A stretch of 63,789 nt of DNA, counting the filler, from Octopus bimaculoides (Eukaryota): NCBI RefSeq assembly GCF_001194135.2. It is 5 parts of 4 records of this genome, joined end to end, with 100 filler letters (N's around TTAATTAATTAA, not from the genome) between each part and the next. Parts side by side here need not be neighbours in the genome. Positions count along the whole stretch, not along the records: positions 1 to 26,798 come from NC_068983.1; 4 more parts are not named here. One strand, written 5' to 3'. Positions 1 through 13,046 of this stretch are shown here, in pieces. Each line of letters opens with the position of its first letter. Within the stretch, counting starts at the first letter, position 1. The notes below the pieces were generated by a model, which did not search any database, was not told the origin of the DNA, and worked only from the letters and a program-made list of their open reading frames with translations. The position numbers and the translations under genes are program-made.

Positions 1-35
<35 letters not shown>

Positions 36-45
36 GTGTGTGTCT

Positions 46-78
<33 letters not shown>
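1..78. repeat. (TG)n microsatellite
   Basis: Near-pure TG dinucleotide run at the window start. Confidence 0.95.
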
Positions 79-81
<3 letters not shown>

Positions 82-482
82 AGCGAGGAGGAGAGAGATT
101 ATGACTGGAAGGTTAATAAATTGGTCTATGTTGCCATAAGATTTTGAGTTCGAATTAACTGCTTGTGATTTTAGACAATCGTAGCTTGGTCTTTTCTTCC
201 TTCCAATCGGAAATATCTTGTATGTGAGAGGAGTAGATGGAAACTGCATAGAATCCGTTCAGATTGGTTGTACATGTTATTGGAATGGTGCGGCTTTGCC
301 ACATACTGTGTGATGTTGATTTCTTCCCAGAATTATCGCAAAGATATCGTTTCTGGGAATACTGAACTCATTACACGTTAATTCATAAAGATGATTAAAT
401 ATATTCGCCTAATTACGGAAACCCCCCACTGTTATGTGTATACCAGCCTATCTCCATATATATATATATATATATATACATA

Positions 483-1748
483 CAAGGGTTGGACAAGATA
501 ATGGAAACGCCTAGCATCATAATTTTGAAATATCTATAAAACCGTTAAAGCTTGTTTATTATTTTTTTTTTTTTTAATTTATTATTAGTGTTGCTTAATA
601 TATTTTGCTAAAATTGCTGGGGTTTTTTCAGATACCATCAGAAAAAGGTAATTAAAATTATTTAAAATGACAGATCTATCGGACTTTCAAAGCGGTCAAA
701 TTGTTGGTGCTCGTATGGCAGGCACTTGCGTAACGAAAACGGTCGAAATGTTTGGTGCATCAACAAGTACTGTCTCGAAAGTAATGACAGCCTTTGAGAA
801 AAAGGGAAAAACCTCCTTGTTGAAACAAAATGCCGGAAGAAAATCAGAACTTTCAGATAGGGACCGTCGGTCTCTTACGCGAATTGTTAGAAAGACCACA
901 TAAGTACGGTTCCCAAAATTACTGCAGAGCTTAATGAACTCGAGAACCCAGTTTCCTCAAAAACACTTCCGCGGGAACCGCACAAAACCAGATTTCACGG
1001 GAGTGCTGCATTCAGAAAAACCCTGCTTTCAAAAACAAACGTTGGAAAGCGACTAGAGTGGAGTAAAAACCTACAGAATTGGTCCCTAGAGCAGTGGAAG
1101 AATGTTATTTTCTCGGACGAGTCATACCACCTTATTTCCGACCACCGGCTGAGTATACGTGTGGAGAGAGCCAAAAGAAGCATTTGATCCAGACTGCCTT
1201 CTTCCAACTGTTTAACATGGAGGAGGATCGGTGATGATCTGGGTGAGGGGATATATCTTGGAAATCCGCCGGCGCAAAGGTTTCCCTTCATGGCACAATT
1301 AATAGTCAAGATTTTTTAAGCATTTTATCTGATCGAATTCATCCTATAGTTGCGGAACTGTTTCCGGAGGGAAATGCAATCTTTCGGGAAGATAATGCAT
1401 CAATTGACACAGCAAAATTTGATACTGAATGGCACGAGGGGCATTCTACTGAAGTTAAACATCTTAGCTGGCCACCACAGTCCCCAGATCTCAGTATTAT
1501 TGAACATTTATGGTGCATTTTAGAAAAAACAAGTAAGGCGTTGACATCCTCCACCATCATAACTGCAAGAGCTGGAGACTGTTTTAGCTGAAGAATGGAC
1601 AAAAATTCCTTTGGAAACAATTCAAACATTGTACGAGTCCATACCTCGTAGAATTCAAGCTGTAAATACTGCCAAAGGCGGTTCTACACCATATTAAAAT
1701 AAATTTGTTTCACATTTTAAGGTGTTTCAATTACTTTGTCCAACCCTA
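483..1748 (+). mobile_element. Tc1/mariner-superfamily DNA transposon, full length (~1.27 kb), inactive
   Basis: ~30-bp terminal inverted repeats: left CAAGGGTTGGACAAGATAATGGAAACGCCT (483-512); right AGGTGTTTCAATTACTTTGTCCAACCCTA (1720-1748), about 6 mismatches. TA flanks inside (TA)n tracts. Internal transposase remnants. Confidence 0.95.
667..1697 (+). pseudogene. Tc1-family transposase pseudogene (DD36E spacing), with frameshifts and stops
   Basis: N-terminus MTDLSDFQSGQIVGARMAG...GRK (HTH-like), W.NVIFSDES (D at 1116), HGGGSVMIW, FREDNAS (D at 1391), WPPQSPDLSIIEHLW (E at 1502), C-terminal IPRRIQAV..AKGGSTPY* ending at 1697. Confidence 0.93.
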
Positions 1749-2270
1749 TATATNNNNNNNNNNNNNNNNNNNNNNNNNNNNNNNNNNNNNNNNNNNNNNN
1801 NNNNNNNNNNNNNNNNNNNNNNNNNNNNNNNNNNNNNNNNNNNNNNNNNNNNNNNNNNNNNNNNNNNNNNNNNNNNNNNNNNNNNNNNNNNNNNNNNNNN
1901 NNNNNNNNNNNNNNNNNNNNNNNNNNNNNNNNNNNNNNNNNNNNNNNNNNNNNNNNNNNNNNNNNNNNNNNNNNNNNNNNNNNNNNNNNNNNNNNNNNNN
2001 NNNNNNNNNNNNNNNNNNNNNNNNNNNNNNNNNNNNNNNNNNNNNNNNNNNNNNNNNNNNNNNNNNNNNNNNNNNNNNNNNNNNNNNNNNNNNNNNNATA
2101 TATATATATATACAGTTTTCGACTCGAGTCGAATATAACAAACTACTCCAAATCGCAAAGCTAGTGTCTTCAAATTATCACTGTTTCATTACATTTCAGT
2201 TTGTCAACTCTCTCTATAAGAGAGGGTGCAAAACAGTTCCTGGCTTTGGGTAAAGGAATATACAGGAGGA

Positions 2271-2910
2271 TCATTTAATTAGGATCTTCTTAGGGAGAGT
2301 AAGAGAGACAGATAGATAGATTTTTATTTTTGTGACCTTACGACCAAGGTATGTAGGGATCAACATTAGGTTCTCGCATTCAAAAGACTTCGTGGGGATG
2401 TCCTTGGCTCGGTCTTCAATGTCGAATCTAACTTCGATCGTGGCAATTTTTTTTTCTTCTGGTGATGTATTCTTTAAAGGCCCGTATGGGGCCTTAAACA
2501 TTTGCTAATGTTTCTTGGGAGGTAGTTTCGAAAAGTTGAGTGTTTTATTTATTTATGATTTTATTTAATGTGTTCTATGAGTTTTGACGGTGTTTGCAGT
2601 TGTATAATGTGTTCATCTTTTTTAAACAGTGTCTTGCATAAATCTTTTCTTCAGCTTTAAAACTGTGGCAAAACTATTTTGTGTGTTCGTTTTGGTGTGG
2701 TGGTGGTGATGGTGGTAGTGGTGGTGGTGGTGGCAGAGTTTGTAGTAGTAAACATCTTTACTTTGTTTATATCTTCTACAGCCAGACTGGCGTTCTTGTC
2801 TGTGCGTTCAAGCGAAACGACTTTCTTTTCAACCTCCCTCACCTCTGGGTTCGGTAGTGGTATGAAGTCAATGAGAGTGGCTTCCTCGATTGATTTAGCC
2901 ATTCTCGTTT
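2271..2910 (-). mobile_element. Decayed coding fragment of a repeat family, probably LINE ORF1-like
   Basis: Two collinear protein-like ORFs (2657-2902 MAKSIEEA...; 2271-2501 ...IATIEVRFDIEDRAK...LIPTYLGRKVTKIKI). The second resembles the RRM-to-linker region of non-LTR ORF1 proteins. Cut off by a GATA repeat. Family assignment is inference. Confidence 0.45.
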
Positions 2911-3110
2911 AAAAGATAGCAGAAGAAAACCGAAAAAGTTTTTTTTAAATTTCGGAAATTTACCACAGTGGGTGAATTTCCTATTAAAAGATTTAATTAG
3001 TTTGAAGGAGAAGTTAAACAACTCTTTGACCAAAAATATTTAACAACAAACAGTGTTTTCCTTACAAGTAAAGCCAACTTTCTTGGAGCCGATCTGTCAG
3101 CAATCCATTC

Positions 3111-3280
3111 AGATATAGATAGATATAGAGATAGATAGAGAGAGAGATAATAGATAGATATATAGATAGATAGATAGATAGATAGATGGATGGATGGATG
3201 NNNNNNNNNNAAATGTGGACAGTAAAAGGTCAAATAAACGTTTACCTTCGCAGCCGATGTGACAGCACGTCCGTGAGAAG

Positions 3281-3344
<64 letters not shown>

Positions 3345-3345
3345 G
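3111..3345. repeat. (GATA)n tetranucleotide tracts
   Basis: GATA runs at 3111-3200 and 3281-3345 around a short gap and a unique spacer. Confidence 0.9.
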
Positions 3346-3517
3346 ATAAAGAGGCATATATGAATTTCAAGATTCTCATACTAAAGTCTACTTACCAAAG
3401 TCAAAAGCAGTAATTTTTAATCTTTAATTTATATTTGAAACAAACACCATTTTATCATATTACTTCATATTCTTTTTAAAACTGTCATTCGATAAATTAT
3501 ACAAAATTCAAAGTGTA

Positions 3518-3609
3518 TATCTCTGAAGAGCAGAAGAGTTGTCTATAAATGCGAATCAATATAGGATTCCATTACAGGCCCCGCACTTTTGTGAAACGAT
3601 CGTAAGATG
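3518..3609 (+). ncRNA. Type I hammerhead ribozyme motif with intact core
   Basis: Helix I TATCT(3518-22)/AGATG(3605-09); core CTGAAGA(3523-29); helix II GCAGAAG(3530-36)/CTTTTGT(3586-92); GAAA(3593-96); palindromic helix III ACGATCGT(3596-3603); cleavage triplet GUA(3602-04). Confidence 0.8.
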
Positions 3610-3825
3610 CTTTAAAACTAAATTCAAAACTTTTAAACTGTCATATTTATTATTATAATTATGTATTTATACCTATACATATTTACATATATTTACATAT
3701 ATTTATATTATTAATACAACAATTATTTTACACACGTATATATCTTTCTGATGAATTTTCTAATATTGATTTCCTAATATTAATAATAATATATTATAAA
3801 ATATAGACAGACAGACAGACAGACG

Positions 3826-3857
<32 letters not shown>

Positions 3858-4264
3858 TTCAAATCTAGGAAAAATTATGAGAAACAGGTGTTGCATAAAA
3901 CACCATTTGCTCTGTACGTACGTTACAGCACTGCAGCTATTTGTATCCTCAGCAGCGATTATTCATTGATGCTGATTTCAACAATCCTTCCCAGGATGCC
4001 AACATACTAAACAGGCATGCAAATTGAAGAGAGTAATTTGTGCGTGTTCCTGTACGTGCATCCTTTTCGTTCATATGTTTATGTATATATACTTGAATGA
4101 GGTGGGGTGGGGTGAATACGCATTATTTTGCTATCTTGAAATTGCATTTGACAGCAAATTAGAGTTGAGGTTCAGGGATTGATTAAAAAATGTATCACTG
4201 GTTACCTGCTCACGTTTGATGCACAGCGTTTAGGCAAACAGTGAGATGCCAACAACTCTTTTTC

Positions 4265-4365
4265 AATTTTCTTATTTATTCTATCGCTCTCTTTGGCCGA
4301 ACCACTAACATACAGGGTCATACACAAACCAACACCGGTTGTTAAGTGGTGGGTCCAAACACAAT
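4265..4365 (-). mobile_element. SINE family A, 3' fragment
   Basis: Reverse complement matches the GGTTCGGCAAAAGAGACCGATAGAATAAG segment of the copy at 61684-62070. Confidence 0.6.
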
Positions 4366-5466
4366 CCCCAAAATAAACACATACACACACACAAGCGCAC
4401 GCACGCATATATGTATGTGTGTATGTGTTTATGTATATATATACATACAAACATACGTATATACATACATCTTTCCATCTACTTATCTATCTATATACCT
4501 ACCAACCTATCTATCCTTCTGTCTATCCATCTATCTATCCATCTATCTATCCATTTATCTATCAGTCTATCTACCTACCTATATTTTTATCTATCTATCT
4601 CCATTATCATAGAACCTCCCACCCCCCAAAAAACAAGACAATTTTCTCTTCTAAACAAAACCCTTCAAAAATATCTGTTTTACATAAATGAACAAGCTGT
4701 TTGTACATTCACAAAATTTTATTTGACAAGTTCGAGAAAGAACGAAAGCGTTAATAATAATGAAGAAATAAAAGGATTTTTTTCCAAAATTCTGACGACT
4801 TTTTTTCTCAATATTCAATTTCTGTACATCACACTCAACACACACACACACANNNNNNNNNNNNNNNNNNNNNNNNNNNNNNNNNNNNNNNNNNNNNNNN
4901 NNNNNNNNNNNNNNNNNNNNNNNNNNNNNNNNNNNNNNNNNNNNNNNNNNNNNNNNNNNNNNNNNNNNNNNNNNNNNNNNNNNNNNNNNNNNNNNNNNNN
5001 NNNNNNNNNNNNNNNNNNNNNNNNNNNNNNNNNNNNNNNNNNNNNNNNNNNNNNNNNNNNNNNNNNNNNNNNNNNNNNNNNNNNNNNNNNNNNNNNNNNN
5101 NNNNNNNNNNNNNNNNNNNNNNNNNNNNNNNNNNNNNNNNNNNNNNNNNNNNNNNNNNNNNNNNNNNNNNNNNNNNNNNNNNNNNNNNNNNNNNNNNNNN
5201 NNNNNNNNNNNNNNNNNNNNNNNNNNNNNNNNNNNNNNNNNNNNNNNNNNNNNNNNNNNNNNNNNNNNNNNNNNNNNNNNNNNNNNNNNNNNNNNNNNNN
5301 NNNNNNNNNNNNNNNNNNNNNNNNNNNNNNNNNNNNNNNNNNNNNNNNNNNNNNNNNNNNNNNNNNNNNNNNNNNNNNNNNNNNNNNNNNNNNNNNNNNN
5401 NNNNNNNNNNNCAAGACAATCAAGGAAGAGGAGAAAAAATAATAATAATATATAGGGAAAGGATAT

Positions 5467-5509
<43 letters not shown>

Positions 5510-5565
5510 TATATATATATATTATATATATATATATATACATACATACATATATACATATATGT

Positions 5566-5712
5566 ATGGTGGGGCTTCCATGCAGTTTCTGTCCTTGAAT
5601 TTCATTTACAAGTCTTTAATCGGCCCAGGAAGTCATTCTCTCAAAGTGCAACTCTTTTGGGATTGAACTGGAATTCACTTGGTAAGAAAGCGTGCATCTT
5701 GGCCACACAAAC
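5566..5712 (-). mobile_element. SINE family A, diverged 5' fragment
   Basis: Diverged reverse-complement similarity to the 5' half of the copies at 42728 and 61684. Confidence 0.5.
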
Positions 5713-5939
5713 TTTCCTGAATCTAATTTCTTGATTGAAAACTGATTTTGTGATCATCCATCATCCTTTAATCTTGACAGTGTTCCTATTTAATGTAGAC
5801 TTAACACAATATTGATGGGTAGGGCGAGATATAGTTTGGTTGGAAACAAATTTGCTGGCTTCAGAGATAATTTTTTTTTTTTTTTTTTTTTACTCAGCCA
5901 TCATTATAGTTGCTTGTGCAATGCTTGATATTTTGATTT

Positions 5940-6064
5940 GGATAATAATGATGTCGATGATAGCGACGACCACGATGACCACGACGATGATGGTGATGAT
6001 GATGATGGGGATAGTGATGATGGGGATGATGATGGTGATGATGATGATGATGGGGATGATGATA
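5940..6064. repeat. (GAT)n trinucleotide repeat
   Basis: Degenerate GAT/GAC/GGT triplet run. Confidence 0.9.
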
Positions 6065-7633
6065 GATGCTATATATCAGAGTTTTATAGATCGGTTCTTA
6101 TTGCTATCTTATATATTCATAACATAGTCCTACACCATTTGAAAATAAGCCAAAACTAAAGTACTTCCACTACTAATATATACGTGTGTGTATATATGTA
6201 TGCGTGTGTATGTATGTGTGTATATGTATGCGTGTATAAACAGAAGTACATACACGTATGCATATTTAAGTGTATTTACATATTTAAACATTTACGTATC
6301 TAAATATACACGCATACATGTGCATGTGTAACATTTATCAATGTATATACGTTGTATATATGTGTGTGTATGTATATATGTGTGTATGTATATATGTGTG
6401 TGTGTGTGTGTGAATGCGTGTGTGTATGTGTGTGTGCGCGTGCGTGTATTTTGATTTGTCAATATTTGGATGGAATCAAAGAGATGGGAGAGTGATTGCC
6501 TGAATTAAATCAAAAACTTTCCATTGCAGACATATTTACATTGGCTCACACATTCACATACACATCTATAAACACCTAATTATACATCCATACACACATA
6601 AACGCGCATTACAAATCACACACACACACACACACACATATGCACGAAAATATCTAATATAATTAAAATTCGTTGTTTGTGCTTGACCCCTTTTTTCAAA
6701 AAGCAAAGCGATCGGTTTCCTCCAGCTCATCCACTCACCCCCTCCCAAACCAACTACCCCCTCATGTGAGAAAACCATAACTCTTGTCATCCTCACACTA
6801 ACCCACATTCTGTCTAAGTAACCCACACCACTCCACCAAACACCTCTCCTTGCCCGCCACACATGCAACCTAGATGTTACTCTCTATCGNNNNNNNNNNN
6901 NNNNNNNNNNNNNNNNNNNNNNNNNNNNNNNNNNNNNNNNNNNNNNNNNNNNNNNNNNNNNNNNNNNNNNNNNNNNNNNNNNNNNNNNNNNNNNNNNNNN
7001 NNNNNNNNNNNNNNNNNNNNNNNNNNNNNNNNNNNNNNNNNNNNNNNNNNNNNNNNNNNNNNNNNNNNNNNNNNNNNNNNNNNNNNNNNNNNNNNNNNNN
7101 NNNNNNNNNNNNNNNNNNNNNNNNNNNNNNNNNNNNNNNNNNNNNNNNNNNNNNNNNNNNNNNNNNNNNNNNNNNNNNNNNNNNNNNNNNNNNNNNNNNN
7201 NNNNNNNNNNNNNNNNNNNNNNNNNNNNNNNNNNNNNNNNNNNNNNNNNNNNNNNNNNNNNNNNNNNNNNNNNNNNNNNNNNNNNNNNNNNNNNNNNNNN
7301 NNNNNNNNNNNNNNNNNNNNNNNNNNNNNNNNNNNNNNNNNNNNNNNNNNNNNNNNNNNNNNNNNNNNNNNNNNNNNNNNNNNNNNNNNNNNNNNNNNNN
7401 NNNNNNNNNNNNNNNNNNNNNNNNNNNNNNNNNNNNNNNNNNNNNNNNNNNNNNNNNNNNNNNNNNNNNNNNNNNNNNNNNNNNNNNNNNNNNNNNNNNN
7501 NNNNNNNNNNNNNNNNNNNNNNNNNNNNNNNNNNNNNNNNNNNNNNNNNNNNNNNNNNNNNNNNNNNNNNNNNNNNNNNNNNNNNNNNNNNNNNNNNNNN
7601 NNNNNNNNNNNNNNNNNNNNNNNNNNNNNNNNN

Positions 7634-7670
<37 letters not shown>

Positions 7671-8310
7671 TACACAGCCCTCAGACTCAGACGCACTCAC
7701 ACACACTCTTATAGATATCTATGTAAAATCACAATAGCAAAATATATACGTAAGTAATCATACATTATAGACATGTACAGATACATATGAAGGGATGTAT
7801 TCTATTCTTGTACATTATTATTTTATATGAAACAATCAACCATTTATTGAAGGGAGACAATATAAATCAGTACAGTATCAAAACATTATCAGTTGAAACA
7901 TATAACATTGACTTCGAAGTTTTGCGGAATATAACTTCATCAGTCTTCATACACATACATATATACGTATGGCAAATGAAGGAAGATAAAATTAAGTACA
8001 GTATATAATATCATTTCCAGGAGAAGCCGTCTCTGCTTCGAGGAATCCCTGTCTATTCTGTGGATTAAAAACAAGATCATTAATAGAATTTCTGAAAGAT
8101 TCGCAAGATGACTGCACGCCTATAAATGTACATTTATATGCGTGCAGGGGCAATGCATTTGAATAACTGTTAACATATTTAACTTTAAGGCATGGACGAA
8201 TTCAGCTTAGTTTTAACCTCCCCATTCTTATAAACACCAAGTAGCTATTTAACTCGCTTCGTGATGGTATGTGTGTATGTATGTATGCATGTATATATAT
8301 ATACACAGAC

Positions 8311-8360
<50 letters not shown>

Positions 8361-8400
8361 TTGTGTGTGTGTGTATGTATGTATGTATGTATGTATCTTA

Positions 8401-8562
8401 ATTTTTTATTCATTTACTTGTTTCGGGCAGCAGACCGCGGTCAGGATTGGGTGCCACCCTGAAGAATTTTAGTCCGAACGAATCGACCCCAGTGCAAAAT
8501 TATTTTTAAGTCTATTACTTATTCTATCGATCTTTTATTCTTTTCCTGAAACACTATATTAC
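8401..8562 (-). mobile_element. SINE family A, 3' fragment
   Basis: TTTACTTGTTTC...CCGCGG...AATCGACCCCAG...TACTTATTCTATCG is the reverse complement of the family A 3' end. Confidence 0.7.
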
Positions 8563-9310
8563 NNNNNNNNNNNNNNNNNNNNNNNNNNNNNNNNNNNNNN
8601 NNNNNNNNNNNNNNNNNNNNNNNNNNNNNNNNNNNNNNNNNNNNNNNNNNNNNNNNNNNNNNNNNNNNNNNNNNNNNNNNNNNNNNNNNNNNNNNNNNNN
8701 NNNNNNNNNNNNNNNNNNNNNNNNNNNNNNNNNNNNNNNNNNNNNNNNNNNNNNNNNNNNNNNNNNNNNNNNNNNNNNNNNNNNNNNNNNNNNNNNNNNN
8801 NNNNNNNNNNNNNNNNNNNNNNNNNNNNNNNNNNNNNNNNNNNNNNNNNNNNNNNNNNNNNNNNNNNNNNNNNNNNNNNNNNNNNNNNNNNNNNNNNNNN
8901 NNNNNNNNNNNNNNNNNNNNNNNNNNNNNNNNNNNNNNNNNNNNNNNNNNNNNNNNNNNNNNNNNNNNNNNNNNNNNNNNNNNNNNNNNNNNNNNNNNNN
9001 NNNNNNNNNNNNNNNNNNNNNNNNNNNNNNNNNNNNNNNNNNNNNNNNNNNNNNNNNNNNNNNNNNNNNNNNNNNNNNNNNNNNNNNNNNNNNNNNNNNN
9101 NNNNNNNNNNNNNNNNNNNNNNNNNNNNNNNNNNNNNNNNNNNNNNNNNNNNNNNNNNNNNNNNNNNNNNNNNNNNNNNNNNNNNNNNNNNNNNNNNNNN
9201 NNNNNNNNNNNNNNNNNNNNNNNNNNNNNNNNNNNNNNNNNNNNNNNNNNNNNNNNNNNNNNNNNNNNNNNNNNNNNNNNNNNNNNNNNNNNNNNNNNNN
9301 NNNNNNNNNN

Positions 9311-9425
9311 CTGGTACCGTGGAGAGGAAAGTGTCAAGTTTTGTCTTGAAGACCTCCGTATCCATGTCTTGCATGTCTCTCAAATGTTTTGGCAGGGCAT
9401 TGAAGAGCTGAGGTCCTCTGAGGTC
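9311..9425 (-). mobile_element. CR1/L2-type LINE ORF2 C-terminal fragment
   Basis: Minus-strand translation RGPQLFNALPKHLRDMQDMDTEVFKTKLDTFLSTVP matches the GP.LFN.LP..LR....FK.KLD.FL..VPD motif at CR1/L2 ORF2 ends; it runs into a gap. Confidence 0.75.
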
Positions 9426-11250
9426 CTATATATATACATTAAAGTATTCAGATCTATATCGTTTTTTGCCTCACTTAATCCTGAAGCCGATCGTAATGGC
9501 TTCTTTTTTTTTTTTTACTTTGTAATGGGATATTATATAGGAAAGAGTTATTTTAGAACTGCTACCGATTTAAAGAGACAAATGTCAAGAGTATATAATA
9601 CGTTATTTGAAATAATTTGCTTGGGTGTTCCTTCTGCAAAGATATTTATTGATCCGATAACTTTTTGCGTTGCGACTGGATGAAAAATAACGTGGACTAC
9701 ATCGAAGTCGATGCATGTAATCCGATTTCGATAGGTACAGTGATCAGGAATAAACATATGCTAATGTCTTAAAGATATTATTCAAAATGCCCTCTGGCCC
9801 TTTAAATGGTATGTAGTGTAACTGTAATTTTAAAGATATAAGATTTGAAATTAGACTCGATTTAGGCATTATGAATTCGTGAAACATGGAAAGAACTCGT
9901 CAATGACTATTGAATATACTATAGATATGTTACTATACTCTCTTAGGTAACTATCTACATAAATAGGTAGGTGACTATGTGTACATATAGTCAGGTAACC
10001 ATGTGCATACCGAGAGATAAAAGTGTGCTGCATAAAGCGAAATTCCGATAATAGTCTGCTTGTTATGTGTCATCAATAATATATACAGCAAAATTTGGAA
10101 AAACCAGAGTGAGTGCAGACCATTAATAAATAAACACAAGAACCGTATCAGTAAAGAATAAATTAAAAGTTCACAATTGGATGAAACTAATTGGGAAAAT
10201 TACACCTCACTGCCTCCACAATGTCTCCCTTGTCTATATCTAACACCTACAGTCTACAGTATGTGTTTGTGCGAGTGCGAGTGCGTGTATTTGCGTATGT
10301 GTGTGTACAAGTATGTATGTGTGTGGTGTGTATATGTGTGCGTGTATTGTGTATGCGTGTGTTCGGTGTATACGTGTGTGTGTATGTGTGTGTTTCGTGT
10401 ATATGTGTGTGTGTATGTGTGTATACATATATACAGTTCTGAAAGCATTATTCCCATTTATTAACCTTTAACTTTCTTAAATCAAGTAGATTAATCAGTC
10501 AAAGTAAACTTAACCAATATAAAAGACTCATTGTGACACAGGTCGATATTGTGCTCGAAAGCCTGCAAAACGTCGATATATAATTCTCTCTAGTATTCTA
10601 AGCAAGTCACTCACTGTGCTATGATAGGCAGTTCCTGTAAGGTTAATATATTCTGTCCTTGCATGAAGAGAGACGCTATGCCACATCACTACGGCATTAT
10701 TCTTGACGTTGAAGGACGTCGTTATTTTTAATTTCAACACGCTGCAGTTCTTTACGTGTTTCCTCTCATTCGGGCTATAAATTACTCCAAATCTCCTACT
10801 AATTAACAGATATTTAATGTTCTGTATATATAAGCTGATCATATTCTTAATTCAGTTACCCTTTTTGGTAACATGATATTCTTTTCATCGATTTTATTTT
10901 AGCAGTTCTTTTGATCGGCTTATAATCTCTGCCACTTTGCCATAGGCGATAATAACTGTCTTTACCACATGCAAGGCTACACGCACATGTGCAAATACAT
11001 GCACATCGCCATACAGGCATACATTATGGCATACCGTGAAATACAGGGACAGAGTCACGCAATAATACAACGAAGCAGCATTGATGTCAACACGATTTAG
11101 CATCAATATGCAGCATAGTCTGTTACCTCAAACATGAGGAAGAACGTCACAGGTTATATAATATATATATATATATATATGTATATAGAAAGATAGAGAG
11201 AGAGAGAGAGAGAGATAGATACATATATACATACATATATATATATATGC

Positions 11251-11282
<32 letters not shown>

Positions 11283-11674
11283 NNNNNNNNNNNNNNNNNN
11301 NNNNNNNNNNNNNNNNNNNNNNNNNNNNNNNNNNNNNNNNNNNNNNNNNNNNNNNNNNNNNNNNNNNNNNNNNNNNNNNNNNNNNNNNNNNNNNNNNNNN
11401 NNNNNNNNNNNNNNNNNNNNNNNNNNNNNNNNNNNNNNNNNNNNNNNNNNNNNNNNNNNNNNNNNNNNNNNNNNNNNNNNNNNNNNNNNNNNNNNNNNNN
11501 NNNNNNNNNNNNNNNNNNNNNNNNNNNNNNNNNNNNNNNNNNNNNNNNNNNNNNNNNNNNNNNNNNNNNNNNNNNNNNNNNNNNNNNNNNNNNNNNNNNN
11601 NNNNNNNNNNNNNNNNNNNNNNNNNNNNNNNNNNNNNNNNNNNNNNNNNNNNNNNNNNNNNNNNNNNNNNNNNN

Positions 11675-11715
<41 letters not shown>

Positions 11716-12986
11716 TGTATTATATATACCTATAATGCCTTACACACACTCGCAGACATTCAAGCATACACACATATACAAGTATAATTCAACAGATACA
11801 CACTTCCAGAGACGTATATTTGCTCACACTAGAACGTATTCATACATACGGTGATAAATTCACGGAGGAAGCAAACTCTGACATTTAATACGAACAACAA
11901 TCGAATTCGCCATAAAAAAAGCTAAACTGAAATGAAAACAGACGCACCTACACATGTGTAGAGAGATAACCAAATACAGTGCAGCTCACAGATGGAGACA
12001 AGGAACAATACACGGCAACATAATAAACGGGAAGAGAAGACAAGGAAATCAGCAAAGATGAACAAGTCATTGACGAGATACACTTTACAAGAATGTCAAA
12101 GTTGTGTATACAGAGACAGAGACAGAAAGAATATATAAACAGGGGAGGGGAGGGGGCAAGACTAAGAGATCGATAGACACACACACTTATTTGCATGTAT
12201 GTATATATATAATTAAATAAACATATATATATATATATATATACGTACGTACATACATACATATATAAGTACATAGGAATATATAGATGTATATATAATA
12301 CGTAGTGGTGTGTATATATATTTGTGCATACAGACACACACACATACAGACACGCACATACACGCACACGCACATATATATATACATAGATGTATATATG
12401 TACAGAAATGTGTAGAAAGATAGATAGATAGATAGATAGATTAATAAAGCGAAACATGAATTCAATATGAGACAGCGATAAACACGAACAATATGGAAGC
12501 ATAGTAATTTAGACCGAAAGAAATTAGGAACAAGAACAACACCATGAAGGACGTGTCTTGTAACGAGATAGAATTGTATAAAATAGGAATATCAGACAAC
12601 AAAGACACACACAGACTATCACAAGCATAGACATACATTTATATTGAATAGCCAGACGTTGGACACGATATGTATGGACAACTATGAATTAATGCGTATA
12701 TCTGTAACCATTTATATGCATTACTTTCACACTGATATTTACAATTCAGGAACTCTACACAAGTATTTATTATAGATCTGTATTATATATACATGTAAAG
12801 CGCATATTGAATATGCGTTGGACATATGGCAGCGCGACTCCTTTAATAATAAACAAACTGATCTATACTTTAAAGCATACACATAATTACTGGGCTACAT
12901 ATTTATGCGGTGTCAATGTATGCAATGTGCATGCATATATATACACCTTGTCACGTGTATATAAGAATGCAGACACTGGCTCTCAC

Positions 12987-13046
<60 letters not shown>

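Noticed and set aside
7914-7945. Minus-strand CTGATGA...TTCGAAGTC
   Set aside because: GAAAC is incomplete and neither helix I nor a proper helix II forms.
10528-11106. Two minus-strand ORFs (104 and 70 aa) in unique-looking sequence
   Set aside because: No domain similarity that I can recognise and no consistent splice pattern.
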